From NCBI RefSeq assembly GCF_988242995.1, contig NZ_OZ547043.1: a DNA stretch of 64,000 nucleotides. The stretch is one strand, 5' to 3'. Under the pieces are notes generated by a model, which saw nothing but the letters and a program-made list of their open reading frames with translations, had not been told where the DNA came from and ran no database searches. Of this stretch, positions 30,408 to 41,899 are shown piece by piece (within the stretch, counting starts at the first letter, position 1; each line of letters opens with the position of its first letter). Made by a program: the position numbers and the translations under genes.

Positions 30408-31508
30408 TTAGAACTGATAGGTAATGCCCGTTGCGACGATGTTATCGGTGCGAATATCTACGGCACGGGTAAAGTCGCTTTCATCAATCAGGTTGATTTT
30501 ATAATCAACATAGGTCGACATATTTTTGTTGAAGAAATACGTCGCACCAACGTCGATATACTCAATCATGTCCTGGTCGCCGTAGCGGCCCAGATCTCTG
30601 CCTTTCGATTTCAGGTAAGCGAGTGATGGGCGCAAGCCGAAGTCGAATTGATATTGTGCCACTACTTCAAAACTTTGTGCTTTGTTAGAGATATAACCAT
30701 CGCCATAGGTGGTCATGTTTAATGTTTCAGCGTAATTAGCTGCAAAGTAGATGTTGTTGGCATCATATTTTATACCTGTAGCCCACAGTTCTGCATTCTT
30801 ACCGGAGGCATTGAGAGGATTAGCAGCGGCTCTTTCCTGCGCATTTGTCCGATCGGATTTGGTATACACCGCACCGATACCAAAGCCATCATAAACATAA
30901 GTTGAGGAGATACCGAAACCGTCACCATTGGCACGCGTGTAGTCAGCACCATAAAGATGACCATTGTCAGTGCGTTCATTTTTGCCTTGATATTGCGCGG
31001 CAAAGTTCAGACCTTCAATTAAGCCGAAGAAATCGTAGTTGCGATAGGTTGCCACACCGGTAGTACGGTATGTCATGAAGACATCTTTCTGACTCCAGGT
31101 ATCGCCACCAAATTCTGGCAACATATCGGTCCATGAACCAATGTCATAGCCGACACCGTAGTTACGACCATAGTCCAGAGAGCCAAATTCACTAATTTTT
31201 AAACCTGCATAGGCCAGACGGGTCTTGTTACCGCGCGAGCCGTTGGCTTCATCGTTATAGCCTTTAAAATCATATTCCCAGTGACCAAAACCAATCATTT
31301 GATCATTGATTTGCGTTTCTCCTTTAAAGCCGAGACGGGCATAAGTTTTATCACCATCGTCACGCTTATCATCAGTAAAATAACGTAGAGCGGTAACCTT
31401 GCCATAAAGGTCGAGTTTATTACCATCCTTGTTATAGACTTCGGCAGCGTGTGCTACGTTCGCAGCTAACAAACCAGTTACAACCACCGCAACTATTTTT
31501 AATTTCAT
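30408..31508 (-). CDS. yddL: General porin of the OmpC/OmpF/OmpN family, apparently intact
   Basis: 366-aa ORF with signal peptide [21 protein letters not shown], then [17 protein letters not shown]… and the C-terminal …GITYQF typical of enterobacterial 16-strand porins. Confidence 0.8.
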   Translation of the reverse strand: MKLKIVAVVVTGLLAANVAHAAEVYNKDGNKLDLYGKVTALRYFTDDKRDDGDKTYARLGFKGETQINDQMIGFGHWEYDFKGYNDEANGSRGNKTRLAYAGLKISEFGSLDYGRNYGVGYDIGSWTDMLPEFGGDTWSQKDVFMTYRTTGVATYRNYDFFGLIEGLNFAAQYQGKNERTDNGHLYGADYTRANGDGFGISSTYVYDGFGIGAVYTKSDRTNAQERAAANPLNASGKNAELWATGIKYDANNIYFAANYAETLNMTTYGDGYISNKAQSFEVVAQYQFDFGLRPSLAYLKSKGRDLGRYGDQDMIEYIDVGATYFFNKNMSTYVDYKINLIDESDFTRAVDIRTDNIVATGITYQF

Positions 31509-31766
31509 TTAACAGAATCCTTTTAATTATCGTTAAACGTATTTTCTAAACGAATTTTAAACGGCGTCATTTATAAATGACATACTGTTTTTAAAATAGA
31601 ATGGTGATTAAAAACAATGAGAAAAATAGATGAAATAATATTATTTATCGATATGTGATCGAAGTCGAAATGAGATATAAGGTGAACTACTGGTATTTGA
31701 AATTTATTTTTTTATATTGTCGGAATTTATCTGATTAACTGCCGGGCCGTAGACCCGACAATTATT

Positions 31767-32648
31767 TTAGCCACGACGTGTCGCCAGCCAGCAGAGCAGG
31801 GAACCGCCGCAGACCATTAGCGCGCCTTGCCAGAACGAGAACGACAGCGGGGCGCTGAGCAGCACGGCTGCAAGCGCTGAGGAAAGGACGGGCGTAAAAT
31901 ACGAACCTACCGCCATAATGGTGACGTTGCCATGTAATATACCGACGTTCCATGCAGCATAAGCAAATCCTAAGGTAAATGCCGCAGAGGTGAGTTTAAT
32001 CATGACGGGCGTGCTAAATACCATTTCTGGTTGTGGCGTGAGAAAATAGTAAACCCACAGACTTGCTCCCGTTAGTAGGACAAAAACGGTAATTCCGTTA
32101 AATCCGCGTGCGTATTTATTCGTTACTGTGCAATAGGCTGCCCAGATAAACGCACCAATAAACGCCAGGAAATAACTCAATGGGCTGGTGGTGATATTAT
32201 TGATGATTTCATCATAATGTAACCCATTGTCACCACCTAACACCCAGCAGACGCCAACCAGGGCTAATAATAATCCTGGTACAATCAGCCAGTTGGTTTT
32301 CTGACCATTAAACAGAATGGCAAAGAGAATTGTCAGGCTGGGCCACAGATAGTTCACCATACCCACTTCAATCGCCTGATGACGGGTCGCCGCATATCCT
32401 AAGGAAAGCGCCAGACAGATTTCATAGCTGACGAATAACAGACACCCGGCGAGTAAATAGCCTTTCGGGATCTGCCGAATACGCGGAAATCCAACCGTGA
32501 AGATTAACAGCAGCCCGCTTAATGAATAGATAGCAGCTGCACCGCCGACCGGGCCGAGCCCCTCACTGACACCGCGAATCAATCCTACCATCGTGCTCCA
32601 CAGGACGATCGCTATTAGCCCTATGAGCGTTGCTTTTTGTCGTGTCAT
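31767..32648 (-). CDS. yddG: Aromatic amino acid exporter (DMT/EamA family)
   Basis: 293-aa ORF with ten predicted transmembrane segments; divergent from fdnG. Confidence 0.85.
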   Translation of the reverse strand: MTRQKATLIGLIAIVLWSTMVGLIRGVSEGLGPVGGAAAIYSLSGLLLIFTVGFPRIRQIPKGYLLAGCLLFVSYEICLALSLGYAATRHQAIEVGMVNYLWPSLTILFAILFNGQKTNWLIVPGLLLALVGVCWVLGGDNGLHYDEIINNITTSPLSYFLAFIGAFIWAAYCTVTNKYARGFNGITVFVLLTGASLWVYYFLTPQPEMVFSTPVMIKLTSAAFTLGFAYAAWNVGILHGNVTIMAVGSYFTPVLSSALAAVLLSAPLSFSFWQGALMVCGGSLLCWLATRRG

Positions 32649-32719
32649 GCTCGCTGTTTTGTCTCTCTTGCCGTTAAAAATTAAGCTGAATTTTATAGCA
32701 TTTTTTTAACTGGCCTGTC

Positions 32720-32875
32720 AGGCAGTGGTGCGTTTTTCTACCGCTATTGAGGTAGGTCAATTTGCGCAGGCGGATTATTTTGTGGCAAACACGTGTTCTT
32801 TTTGATTTCGCGCAAAAAGATTCAGAATTTTACTGTTAGTTTCCTCGCGCAGTAATACCCCTGAAAAAAGAGGAA
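32720..32875 (+). promoter_or_regulatory. fdnG promoter region with candidate NarL heptamers and an FNR-like half-site
   Basis: TACCCCT and TACCGCT heptamers (NarL consensus TACYYMT) and TTGATttcgCGCAA resembling the FNR TTGAT-N4-ATCAA site upstream of the fdnG ATG; assignment rests on known fdnG regulation. Confidence 0.4.
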
Positions 32876-32879
32876 AGCA

Positions 32880-35800
32880 ATGGACGTCAGTCGCAGACAA
32901 TTTTTTAAAATCTGCGCGGGCGGTATGGCTGGAACAACGGTAGCGGCATTGGGCTTTGCCCCGAAGCAAGCACTGGCTCAGGCGCGAAACTATAAATTAT
33001 TACGCGCGAAAGAGATCCGTAACACCTGCACATACTGTTCCGTAGGTTGCGGGCTATTGATGTATAGCCTGGGTGATGGCGCGAAAAACGCCAGAGAAGC
33101 GATTTATCACATTGAAGGTGACCCGGATCATCCGGTAAGCCGTGGTGCGCTGTGCCCGAAAGGGGCCGGTTTGCTGGATTACGTCAACAGCGAAAACCGT
33201 CTGCGCTACCCGGAATATCGTGCGCCAGGTTCTGACAAATGGCAGCGCATTAGCTGGGATGAAGCATTCTCCCGTATTGCGAAGCTGATGAAAGCTGACC
33301 GTGACGCTAACTTTATTGAAAAGAACGAGCAGGGCGTAACGGTAAACCGTTGGCTTTCTACCGGTATGCTGTGTGCCTCCGGTGCCAGCAACGAAACCGG
33401 GATGCTGACTCAAAAATTTGCCCGCTCCCTCGGGATGCTGGCGGTAGACAACCAGGCGCGCGTCTGACACGGACCAACGGTAGCAAGTCTTGCTCCAACA
33501 TTTGGTCGCGGTGCGATGACCAACCACTGGGTGGATATCAAAAACGCTAACGTCGTAATGGTAATGGGCGGTAACGCTGCTGAAGCGCATCCCGTCGGTT
33601 TCCGCTGGGCGATGGAAGCGAAAAACAACAACGATGCAACCTTGATCGTTGTCGATCCCCGTTTTACGCGTACCGCTTCTGTAGCGGATATTTACGCACC
33701 TATTCGTTCCGGTACGGACATTACGTTCCTGTCTGGCGTTTTGCGCTACCTGATCGAAAACAACAAAATCAATGCCGAATACGTTAAGCATTACACCAAT
33801 GCCAGCCTGCTGGTGCGTGATGATTTTGCTTTCGAAGACGGTCTGTTCAGCGGCTACGACGCTGAAAAACGCCAGTACGATAAATCGTCCTGGAACTATC
33901 AGTTCGATGAAAACGGCTATGCGAAACGCGATGAAACACTGACTCATCCGCGCTGTGTGTGGAACTTGCTGAAAGAGCACGTTTCCCGCTACACGCCGGA
34001 CGTCGTTGAAAACATCTGCGGTACGCCAAAAGCAGACTTCCTGAAAGTGTGTGAAGTGCTGGCCTCCACCAGCGCGCCGGATCGCACAACCACCTTCCTG
34101 TACGCGCTGGGCTGGACGCAGCACACCGTGGGTGCGCAGAACATCCGCACCATGGCGATGATCCAATTGCTGCTCGGTAACATGGGTATGGCTGGTGGCG
34201 GCGTGAACGCATTGCGTGGTCACTCCAACATTCAGGGCCTGACCGACTTAGGTCTGCTCTCAACCAGCCTGCCGGGTTATCTGACGCTGCCGTCAGAAAA
34301 ACAGGTTGATTTGCAGTCGTATCTGGAAGCGAATACGCCGAAAGCGACGCTGGCTGATCAGGTGAACTACTGGAGCAACTATCCGAAGTTCTTCGTTAGC
34401 CTGATGAAATCTTTCTACGGTGATGCTGCACAGAAAGAGAACAACTGGGGCTATGACTGGCTGCCGAAGTGGGACCAGACCTACGACGTCATCAAGTATT
34501 TCAACATGATGGATGAAGGCAAAGTCACCGGTTATTTCTGCCAGGGCTTTAACCCGGTTGCGTCCTTCCCGGACAAAAACAAAGTGGTGAGCTGCCTGAG
34601 CAAGCTGAAGTACATGGTGGTTATCGATCCGCTGGTGACTGAAACCTCTACCTTCTGGCAGAACCACGGCGAGTCGAACGATGTCGATCCGGCGTCCATT
34701 CAGACTGAAGTATTCCGTCTGCCTTCGACCTGCTTTGCTGAAGAAGATGGTTCTATTGCTAACTCCGGTCGCTGGTTGCAGTGGCACTGGAAAGGTCAGG
34801 ACGCGCCGGGCGAAGCGCGTAACGACGGCGAAATTCTGGCGGGTATCTACCATCATCTGCGCGAGCTGTACCAGGCCGAAGGTGGTAAAGGCGTAGAACC
34901 GCTGATGAAGATGAGCTGGAACTACAAGCAGCCGCACGAACCGCAATCTGACGAAGTAGCTAAAGAGAACAACGGCTACGCGCTGGAAGATCTCTATGAT
35001 GCCAATGGCGTGCTGATTGCGAAGAAAGGTCAGTTGCTGAGTAGCTTTGCGCATCTGCGTGATGACGGTACAACCGCATCTTCTTGCTGGATCTACACCG
35101 GTAGCTGGACAGAGCAGGGCAACCAGATGGCTAACCGCGATAACTCCGACCCGTCCGGTCTGGGGAATACGCTGGGATGGGCCTGGGCGTGGCCGCTCAA
35201 CCGTCGCGTACTCTACAACCGTGCTTCGGCGGATATCAACGGTAAACCGTGGGATCCGAAACGGATGCTGATCCAGTGGAACGGCAGCAAGTGGACGGGT
35301 AACGATATTCCGGACTTCGGCAATGCCGCGCCAGGTACACCAACCGGACCGTTTATCATGCAGCCGGAAGGGATGGGACGCCTGTTTGCCATCAACAAAA
35401 TGGCGGAAGGTCCGTTCCCGGAACACTACGAGCCAATCGAAACGCCGCTGGGCACTAACCCGCTGCATCCGAACGTGGTGTCTAACCCGGTTGTTCGTCT
35501 GTATGAACAAGACGCGCTGCGGATGGGTAAAAAAGAGCAGTTCCCGTATGTGGGTACGACCTATCGTCTGACCGAGCACTTCCACACCTGGACCAAGCAC
35601 GCGTTGCTCAACGCAATTGCTCAGCCGGAACAGTTTGTGGAAATCAGCGAAACGCTGGCGGCGGCGAAAGGCATTAATAATGGCGATCGTGTCACTGTCT
35701 CAAGCAAGCGTGGCTTTATCCGCGCGGTGGCGGTGGTAACGCGCCGTCTGAAACCGCTGAATGTAAACGGTCAGCAGGTTGAAACGGTGGGTATTCCAAT

Positions 35801-35927
35801 CCACTGGGGCTTTGAGGGTGTCGCGCGTAAAGGTTATATCGCTAACACTCTGACGCCGAATGTCGGTGATGCAAACTCGCAAACGCCGGAATATAAAGCG
35901 TTCTTAGTCAACATCGAGAAGGCGTAA
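32880..35927 (+). CDS. fdnG: Formate dehydrogenase-N alpha subunit (selenocysteine-containing; Tat signal)
   Basis: ORFs 32880..33467 and 33516..35927 are one frame joined through TGA at 33465-33467 (…ARV-U-HGPTVASLAPTFGRGAMTNHW…); twin-arginine signal MDVSRRQFFKICAGG…; total 1015 codons. Confidence 0.9.
33468..33512 (+). other. Putative SECIS stem-loop directing selenocysteine insertion at the fdnG UGA
   Basis: Sequence immediately 3' of the UGA has complementary arms (accaa…ttggt) around a gcaagtcttgc hairpin; position fits a bacterial SECIS. Confidence 0.5.
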
Positions 35928-35939
35928 GGGGGCGAACAG

Positions 35940-36824
35940 ATGGCTATGGAAACGCAGGACATTATCAAAAGGTCCGCAACTAACTCCATCACGCCGCCTT
36001 CTCAGGTGCGTGATTACAAAGCAGAAGTCGCGAAACTTATCGACGTTTCCACCTGTATCGGCTGTAAAGCCTGTCAGGTGGCGTGTTCAGAGTGGAACGA
36101 CATCCGTGATGAAGTGGGGCACTGCGTCGGGGTTTACGATAACCCCGCCGATCTGAGCGCCAAGTCCTGGACGGTGATGCGCTTTAGCGAAACCGAACAG
36201 AACGGCAAGCTGGAGTGGCTGATCCGTAAAGACGGCTGTATGCACTGTGAAGATCCGGGCTGCCTGAAGGCGTGCCCGTCTGCTGGTGCAATCATTCAGT
36301 ACGCTAACGGGATTGTCGATTTCCAGTCGGAAAACTGCATCGGCTGTGGTTACTGCATTGCCGGGTGTCCGTTTAATATTCCGCGCCTCAACAAAGAGGA
36401 TAACCGGGTATATAAATGCACGCTCTGCGTCGATCGCGTCAGCGTCGGCCAGGAACCGGCTTGTGTGAAAACCTGTCCGACCGGGGCTATCCACTTCGGC
36501 ACCAAGAAGGAGATGCTGGAGCTGGCGGAACAGCGCGTGGCGAAACTGAAAGCGCGTGGTTACGAACATGCTGGCGTCTACAACCCGGAAGGGGTCGGTG
36601 GTACGCACGTTATGTACGTGCTGCATCACGCCGATCAGCCGGAGCTGTATCACGGTCTGCCGAAAGATCCGAAGATCGATACCTCGGTAAGCCTGTGGAA
36701 AGGCGCGTTGAAACCGCTGGCAGCGGCTGGCTTTATTGCCACTTTTGCCGGGTTGATTTTCCATTACATCGGTATTGGCCCGAATAAGGAAGTGGACGAT
36801 GACGAGGAGGATCATCATGAGTAA
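35940..36824 (+). CDS. fdnH: Formate dehydrogenase-N beta (Fe-S) subunit
   Basis: 294-aa ORF with four Cys clusters ([45 protein letters not shown]…CVKTCP) and a C-terminal transmembrane anchor. Confidence 0.9.
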   Translation: MAMETQDIIKRSATNSITPPSQVRDYKAEVAKLIDVSTCIGCKACQVACSEWNDIRDEVGHCVGVYDNPADLSAKSWTVMRFSETEQNGKLEWLIRKDGCMHCEDPGCLKACPSAGAIIQYANGIVDFQSENCIGCGYCIAGCPFNIPRLNKEDNRVYKCTLCVDRVSVGQEPACVKTCPTGAIHFGTKKEMLELAEQRVAKLKARGYEHAGVYNPEGVGGTHVMYVLHHADQPELYHGLPKDPKIDTSVSLWKGALKPLAAAGFIATFAGLIFHYIGIGPNKEVDDDEEDHHE

Positions 36825-37470
36825 GTCGAAAATGATTGTGCGCACCAAATTTATTGATCGCGCCTGTCACTGGACCGTGGTGATTTGCTTCTTTCTGGTG
36901 GCGCTGTCCGGGATTTCGTTCTTCTTCCCGACGCTGCAATGGCTGACGCAAACCTTCGGTACGCCGCAGATGGGGCGCATTTTGCACCCGTTCTTCGGCA
37001 TTGCGATTTTCGTCGCGCTGATGTTTATGTTTGTGCGTTTTGTGCATCACAACATCCCGGATAAGAAAGATATTCCGTGGCTGTTGAACATTGTCGAAGT
37101 ATTAAAAGGCAATGAGCACAAAGTGGCGGATGTTGGTAAGTACAACGCCGGGCAAAAGATGATGTTCTGGTCGATCATGAGCATGATTTTCGTGCTGCTG
37201 GTGACCGGGGTGATTATCTGGCGTCCGTACTTTGCGCAGTACTTCCCGATGCAGGTTGTTCGCTACAGCCTGCTGATTCACGCGGCTGCGGGTATCATCC
37301 TGATCCACGCCATCCTGATCCATATGTATATGGCATTCTGGGTGAAAGGATCGATTAAAGGGATGATCGAAGGGAAGGTGAGCCGTCGCTGGGCGAAGAA
37401 ACACCATCCACGCTGGTATCGTGAAATCGAGAAGGCAGAAGCGAAAAAAGAGAGTGAAGAAGGGATATAA
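36817..37470 (+). CDS. fdnI: Formate dehydrogenase-N gamma (cytochrome b556) subunit
   Basis: ATG at 36817 gives [22 protein letters not shown]… (217 aa); overlaps the fdnH stop by 8 nt; membrane protein with haem-ligand histidines. Confidence 0.9.
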
Positions 37471-37488
37471 TCTCTTTTGAACTTTAAG

Positions 37489-37525
37489 CTGAAAATGGCG
37501 CTTTAAGAAGCGCCATTTTTTTTAT
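37489..37525. terminator. Rho-independent terminator after fdnI, shared with convergent yddM
   Basis: Hairpin aaaatggcgc-tttaag-aagcgccatttt followed by a T-run (ttttttttatt). Confidence 0.65.
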
Positions 37526-37806
37526 TGCGTAACCAGACGGCGCAGTCGCGACACATCCACCGTTTTTTCTGCCTCTGCCAGACTCCAGGCGTTTTGCAGA
37601 TTCAGCCACATTTGCGGCGAACTGCCGATCACCACGGAAAGTTTAATCGCCATTTCTGGTGTCAAAGCTGCTTTTCCGGTCAGCAATCGGCTTGCCGTTG
37701 AGGGCGCAATTTCCATTGCTCTGGCAAACTCGCGCAGGCTGACATTAAGTTCGTCCAGTGATTCCTGAATAATGTCCCCCGGGCGGGGATGATTGGCCAT
37801 TTTCAT
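37522..37806 (-). CDS. yddM: HigA-like XRE-family helix-turn-helix protein (antitoxin-like, no adjacent toxin gene)
   Basis: ATG at 37804-37806 gives a 94-aa product [57 protein letters not shown]… with an HTH motif. Confidence 0.7.
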
Positions 37807-37951
37807 TAGTGTCTTTACTCTCAGTAGCGTTCCTTCTCTGGGAACACTATCATTATTGTTCCTTCCTACGCAACAATAATCCATTTAGCCATTTCGTGTT
37901 GGAGAGTGTGCGATGCTGCGACCCGAACATGGCAGTCGCAGCAAAGGATTC

Positions 37952-38962
37952 TTAGCGGCGGAAATCAATCACCATACGGCCACGGATTTTGCCTTCTTCC
38001 ATCTCAGTAAAGATGGTGTTGATGTCCGCTAACGGACGCAGGGCGACTTTCGGCACCACTTTGCCTTCGGCGGCAAACTGGAAGGCTTCGGTGAGATCCT
38101 GGCGCGTGCCGACCAGCGAACCGACCACTTCAATACCATCCAGCACAAGGCGTGGGATGTCCAGGCTCATAGACTCCGGCGGCAGACCGACAGCCACAAC
38201 ACGACCGCCTGCTCGTACAGCATCAACCGCCGAGTTAAACGCAGCTTTAGCTACCGCTGTCACCACCGCAGCGTGAGCGCCACCGGTTTTTTCCTGCACA
38301 ATTTTGGCGGCGTCTTCAGTGCGTGAGTTAATCGCTAAAACAGCGCCCATTTCGGTTGCCAGTTTTAACTGCTCATCATTGACATCAATGGCGATCACTT
38401 TCGCGTTAAAGACATTCTTCGCGTATTGCAGGGCGAGGTTACCCAGACCGCCAAGACCGTAGATAGCAATCCACTGCCCTGGACGAATTTTTGACAGCTT
38501 AACGGCTTTGTAGGTGGTGACCCCCGCACAGGTAATGCTGCTGGCCGCCGCCGAGTCCAGAGCATCTGGCACTTTTACCGCGTAATCGGCGACCACGATG
38601 CACTCTTCCGCCATCCCGCCATCAACGCTGTATCCGGCATTTTTAACAGAACGGCAGAGGGTTTCGTTACCACTATTACAGTATTCGCAATGACCGCATC
38701 CTTCGTAAAACCACGCCACGCTGGCACGATCGCCTGGTTTTAATGAGGTGACACCTGGGCCAACTTCTGCCACCACACCAATACCTTCATGGCCCAGAAT
38801 TACGCCGGTTTTGTCACCAAAATCGCCATTCTTAACATGAAGATCGGTATGACATACACCACAACACTCCATTTTTAGCAGGGCTTCGCCATGTTTCAGT
38901 GAGCGCAGTGTTTTATCCGTAACGTCAACATGATGATCCTTCGTAACAACTGCAGCCTTCAT
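37952..38962 (-). CDS. adhP: Zinc-dependent alcohol dehydrogenase (propanol-preferring)
   Basis: ATG at 38960-38962 gives [14 protein letters not shown]… (336 aa); zinc-ligand motif GHEGIGVV and structural-zinc cysteines ([10 protein letters not shown]…C); Rossmann GLGGLG. Confidence 0.9.
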   Translation of the reverse strand: MKAAVVTKDHHVDVTDKTLRSLKHGEALLKMECCGVCHTDLHVKNGDFGDKTGVILGHEGIGVVAEVGPGVTSLKPGDRASVAWFYEGCGHCEYCNSGNETLCRSVKNAGYSVDGGMAEECIVVADYAVKVPDALDSAAASSITCAGVTTYKAVKLSKIRPGQWIAIYGLGGLGNLALQYAKNVFNAKVIAIDVNDEQLKLATEMGAVLAINSRTEDAAKIVQEKTGGAHAAVVTAVAKAAFNSAVDAVRAGGRVVAVGLPPESMSLDIPRLVLDGIEVVGSLVGTRQDLTEAFQFAAEGKVVPKVALRPLADINTIFTEMEEGKIRGRMVIDFRR

Positions 38963-39095
38963 AGTTCCTCCTTTTCGGATGATGTTCTGCATAGCAGGTG
39001 AGGCAAATGAGATTTATTCGCCACTACCCAGTATGGATGAGATCTGAAAAAGAGAGAGGAAAATTGCCCGGCAGCTTTCACCACCGGGCGCAGGC

Positions 39096-40793
39096 TTAGA
39101 TGGAGGTACGGCGGTAGTCGCGGTATTCGGCGTGCCAGAAATTATCATCAATGGCCTGTTGCAGAGCTTCGGCGGAGGTTTTCACCGCCACGCCTTGCTG
39201 CTGCGCCATTTTGCCAACCGCAAAGGCAATTGCGCGGGAGACTTTCTGAATATCTTTCAGTTCCGGTAGTACCAGACCTTCGCCGTTCAGGACCAGCGGC
39301 GAATACTGAGCAAGCGTTTCACTCGCCGACATCAGCATCTCATCGGTGATACGTGACGCGCCGGAAGCAATAACGCCCAGCCCGATGCCCGGGAAAATAA
39401 AGGCGTTGTTACACTGGGCGATAGGGTAGATTTTATCTTTCCATACCACTGGGTTAAACGGACTGCCAGTGGCGACCAGCGCGTTACCTTCGGTCCAGGC
39501 GATAATGTCCTGCGGTGTGGCTTCCACGCGTGACGTCGGGTTAGACAGCGGCATCACGATCGGACGCGGACAGTGTTTATGCATCTCACGGATGATCTCT
39601 TCCGTAAACAGCCCGGTCTGTCCTGAGACGCCAATCAGAATATCTGGTTTTACATTACGCACCACATCCAGCAGTGACAGCACATCGCTGTCGGTATCCC
39701 AGTCACTGAGGTTTTCGCGCTTCTGCACCAGTTTGGTCTGGAAAGGCAGCAGGTTCGGCATCTTGTCGGTCAGCAGGCCAAAGCGATCAACCATAAAGAC
39801 TTTCTGCCGCGCCGCTTCCTCGCTTAATCCTTCACGCTGAGTCTGGGCGATGATCATTTCGGCAATCCCGCACCCCGCAGAGCCTGCGCCGAGGAAGACA
39901 ATCTTTTTCTCGCTCAGTTGACCACCCGCCGCGCGGCTGGCTGCGATCAGTGTGCCGACCGTTACCGCCGCGGTGCCCTGAATGTCATCGTTAAAAGAAC
40001 AAATTTCATTGCGATAGCGGTTAAGTAACGGCATCGCATTTTTTTGTGCGAAGTCTTCAAACTGCAACAGTACGTCCGGCCAGCGTTGTTTCACAGCCTG
40101 GATAAATTCATCAACGAATTCATAGTATTCGTCGTCAGTGATACGCGGATTACGCCAGCCCATATACAGCGGATCGTTAAGCAGCTGTTGGTTGTTCGTC
40201 CCGACATCCAGCACCACCGGAAGGGTATACGCTGGGCTGATGCCGCCACAGGCAGTATAGAGTGACAGTTTACCGATAGGAATGCCCATCCCGCCGATGC
40301 CCTGGTCACCAAGCCCCAGAATACGTTCACCGTCAGTCACCACAATCACTTTAATATTATGGTTCGGCACGTTTTGCAGAATATCGTCCATATTGTGGCG
40401 GTTCTGGTAAGAGATAAACACGCCGCGTGAACGGCGGTAGATCTCAGAAAAACGCTCACAGGCTGCGCCGACGGTTGGGGTATAAATAACAGGCATCATC
40501 TCATCAAGATGATTGTTTACCAGACGGTAGAAGAGGGTTTCGTTAGTGTCCTGGATGTTACGCAGGTAAATGTGTTTGTCGATTTCGGTTTTGAATCCCT
40601 GATACTGGATCCATGCTCGTTCCGCTTGTTCTTCGATGGTTTCGACCACTTCCGGCAGTAACCCCAGCAGGTTGAAGTTACGGCGTTCTTCCATGCTGAA
40701 GGCACTGCCTTTATTCAACAACGGAAATTCCAGCAGTACAGGGCCAGCGTAAGGAATATAAAGCGAACGCTGTTTTTTTGTTTTTGGTTCCAT
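39096..40793 (-). CDS. maeA: NAD-dependent malic enzyme
   Basis: ATG at 40791-40793 gives [33 protein letters not shown]… (565 aa); malic-enzyme signature and NAD-binding GAGSAG motif. Confidence 0.9.
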   Translation of the reverse strand: MEPKTKKQRSLYIPYAGPVLLEFPLLNKGSAFSMEERRNFNLLGLLPEVVETIEEQAERAWIQYQGFKTEIDKHIYLRNIQDTNETLFYRLVNNHLDEMMPVIYTPTVGAACERFSEIYRRSRGVFISYQNRHNMDDILQNVPNHNIKVIVVTDGERILGLGDQGIGGMGIPIGKLSLYTACGGISPAYTLPVVLDVGTNNQQLLNDPLYMGWRNPRITDDEYYEFVDEFIQAVKQRWPDVLLQFEDFAQKNAMPLLNRYRNEICSFNDDIQGTAAVTVGTLIAASRAAGGQLSEKKIVFLGAGSAGCGIAEMIIAQTQREGLSEEAARQKVFMVDRFGLLTDKMPNLLPFQTKLVQKRENLSDWDTDSDVLSLLDVVRNVKPDILIGVSGQTGLFTEEIIREMHKHCPRPIVMPLSNPTSRVEATPQDIIAWTEGNALVATGSPFNPVVWKDKIYPIAQCNNAFIFPGIGLGVIASGASRITDEMLMSASETLAQYSPLVLNGEGLVLPELKDIQKVSRAIAFAVGKMAQQQGVAVKTSAEALQQAIDDNFWHAEYRDYRRTSI

Positions 40794-40889
40794 GTCACTC
40801 ACTCTTTTTTGAATATCCATCCCTGGCACGCTTTTATCGTCTTTGCTTTACCGCCAGGGCGTCGGCCCCAAGTATAAAGCAGATAAAAA

Positions 40890-41598
40890 TAAATATCCTC
40901 CGGCATAGCCGGAGGTTTTTCAAATGCGCCTGTAAGGCTCTGTTACCAGCCGCGCCCTAACAGGCGCACACGATCTGACATTTGCATCCAACTTCGTTAC
41001 TTACGGCCCGTAAACGGGCTGCCCGGATAGGGAATCGATAACTGCTCTCCCATTTTATCCTCTTCAAGCTGGTGCTTTATGTAGTCCTGTATCTTCGCCG
41101 TGTTCTTACCCACCGTATCGACATAGTACCCTCGGCACCAGAACTCCCTGTTTCTGTATTTGAATTTCAAATCCCCAAACTGCTCGTAAAGCATCAGACT
41201 GCTTTTCCCTTTCAGATATCCCATAAAGCCGGATACGCTCATTTTGGGTGGGATTTCCACAAGCATATGGATATGATCTGCGCAGCACTCTGCTTCCAGA
41301 ATCCGTACGCTTTTCCACTCACACAGCTTTCTCAAAATACTGCCTATCGCCCTACGCTTCTCTCCGTAAAACGCCAGTCTTCGGTATTTCGGCGCAAAAA
41401 CTATGTGATATTTACAGTTCCAGCGGGTGTGCGCTAAGCTCTTTTCGTCCCCCATTGGGACCCCCTTTTGATTTCTTGTTTGACACTTGCAGTTGCCAGA
41501 CCGCAAGGTGTTTTAACAAATCAAAAGGGGTTTTAATAACTGGCTCAAAGCTGAAAGCTTTCCGGAACCCCCAGCCTAGCTGGGGGTTTTCTGTGCAC
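40890..41598 (-). mobile_element. IS200-family (IS200/IS605) insertion sequence, about 0.71 kb
   Basis: Single Y1 (HUH) transposase ORF flanked by subterminal GC-rich hairpins: cccccagc-cta-gctggggg (41566-41584) and cctccggc-ata-gccggagg (40897-40915), plus a long RBS-sequestering stem (cccccttttgattt…aaatcaaaaggggg) just upstream of tnpA. Boundaries are approximate. Confidence 0.65.
40997..41455 (-). CDS. tnpA: IS200-type transposase TnpA (Y1 HUH family)
   Basis: ATG at 41453-41455 gives a 152-aa product MGDEKSLAHTRWNCKYHIVFAPKYRR…ADHIHMLVEIPPK…; HUH motif (HIH) and catalytic Tyr region (…YIKHQ…). Confidence 0.8.
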   Translation of the reverse strand: MGDEKSLAHTRWNCKYHIVFAPKYRRLAFYGEKRRAIGSILRKLCEWKSVRILEAECCADHIHMLVEIPPKMSVSGFMGYLKGKSSLMLYEQFGDLKFKYRNREFWCRGYYVDTVGKNTAKIQDYIKHQLEEDKMGEQLSIPYPGSPFTGRK

Positions 41599-41602
41599 AA
41601 CA

Positions 41603-41635
41603 AAAACACCATTGCGCAGGCAATGGTGTTTAATC
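41603..41635 (-). terminator. Rho-independent terminator of sra, adjacent to the IS200 end
   Basis: On the minus strand: hairpin caccattgc-ctgc-gcaatggtg followed by tttttgttg, starting about 25 nt after the sra stop. Confidence 0.55.
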
Positions 41636-41660
41636 GTCATTGAGGACTGATGGTTATGAA

Positions 41661-41798
41661 TTACTTTTCAGAGGGGCGTTTTCTGCCGGTTGGGTTATTT
41701 ACCACGCTGGATTTGTCACCTTCGGTAACTATTTTGCGCTGGTTAGAAATTTTATGGTCCAGTCCAAGAATATGACGTGCCTGACGGTTCGATTTCAT
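41661..41798 (-). CDS. sra: Stationary-phase-induced ribosome-associated protein (small, 45 aa)
   Basis: Below the ORF-track threshold; minus-strand translation from the ATG at 41796-41798 gives [45 protein letters not shown]. Confidence 0.75.
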   Translation of the reverse strand: MKSNRQARHILGLDHKISNQRKIVTEGDKSSVVNNPTGRKRPSEK

Positions 41799-41899
41799 TT
41801 TAACTCCTCAATCCTGTTGCTAGTTTTAAGGACAACATCGCCGTAGCGAAGAAACACGTGCTAAACCCCTAAATTAGGTTGCCGATCAAGCATAGCACC

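Noticed and set aside
33054-35600. Long antisense ORFs inside fdnG (33054..34223 minus, 389 aa; 34293..35600 minus, 435 aa)
   Set aside because: They are fully contained within a well-supported, highly conserved sense gene and have no start context or recognisable domains.
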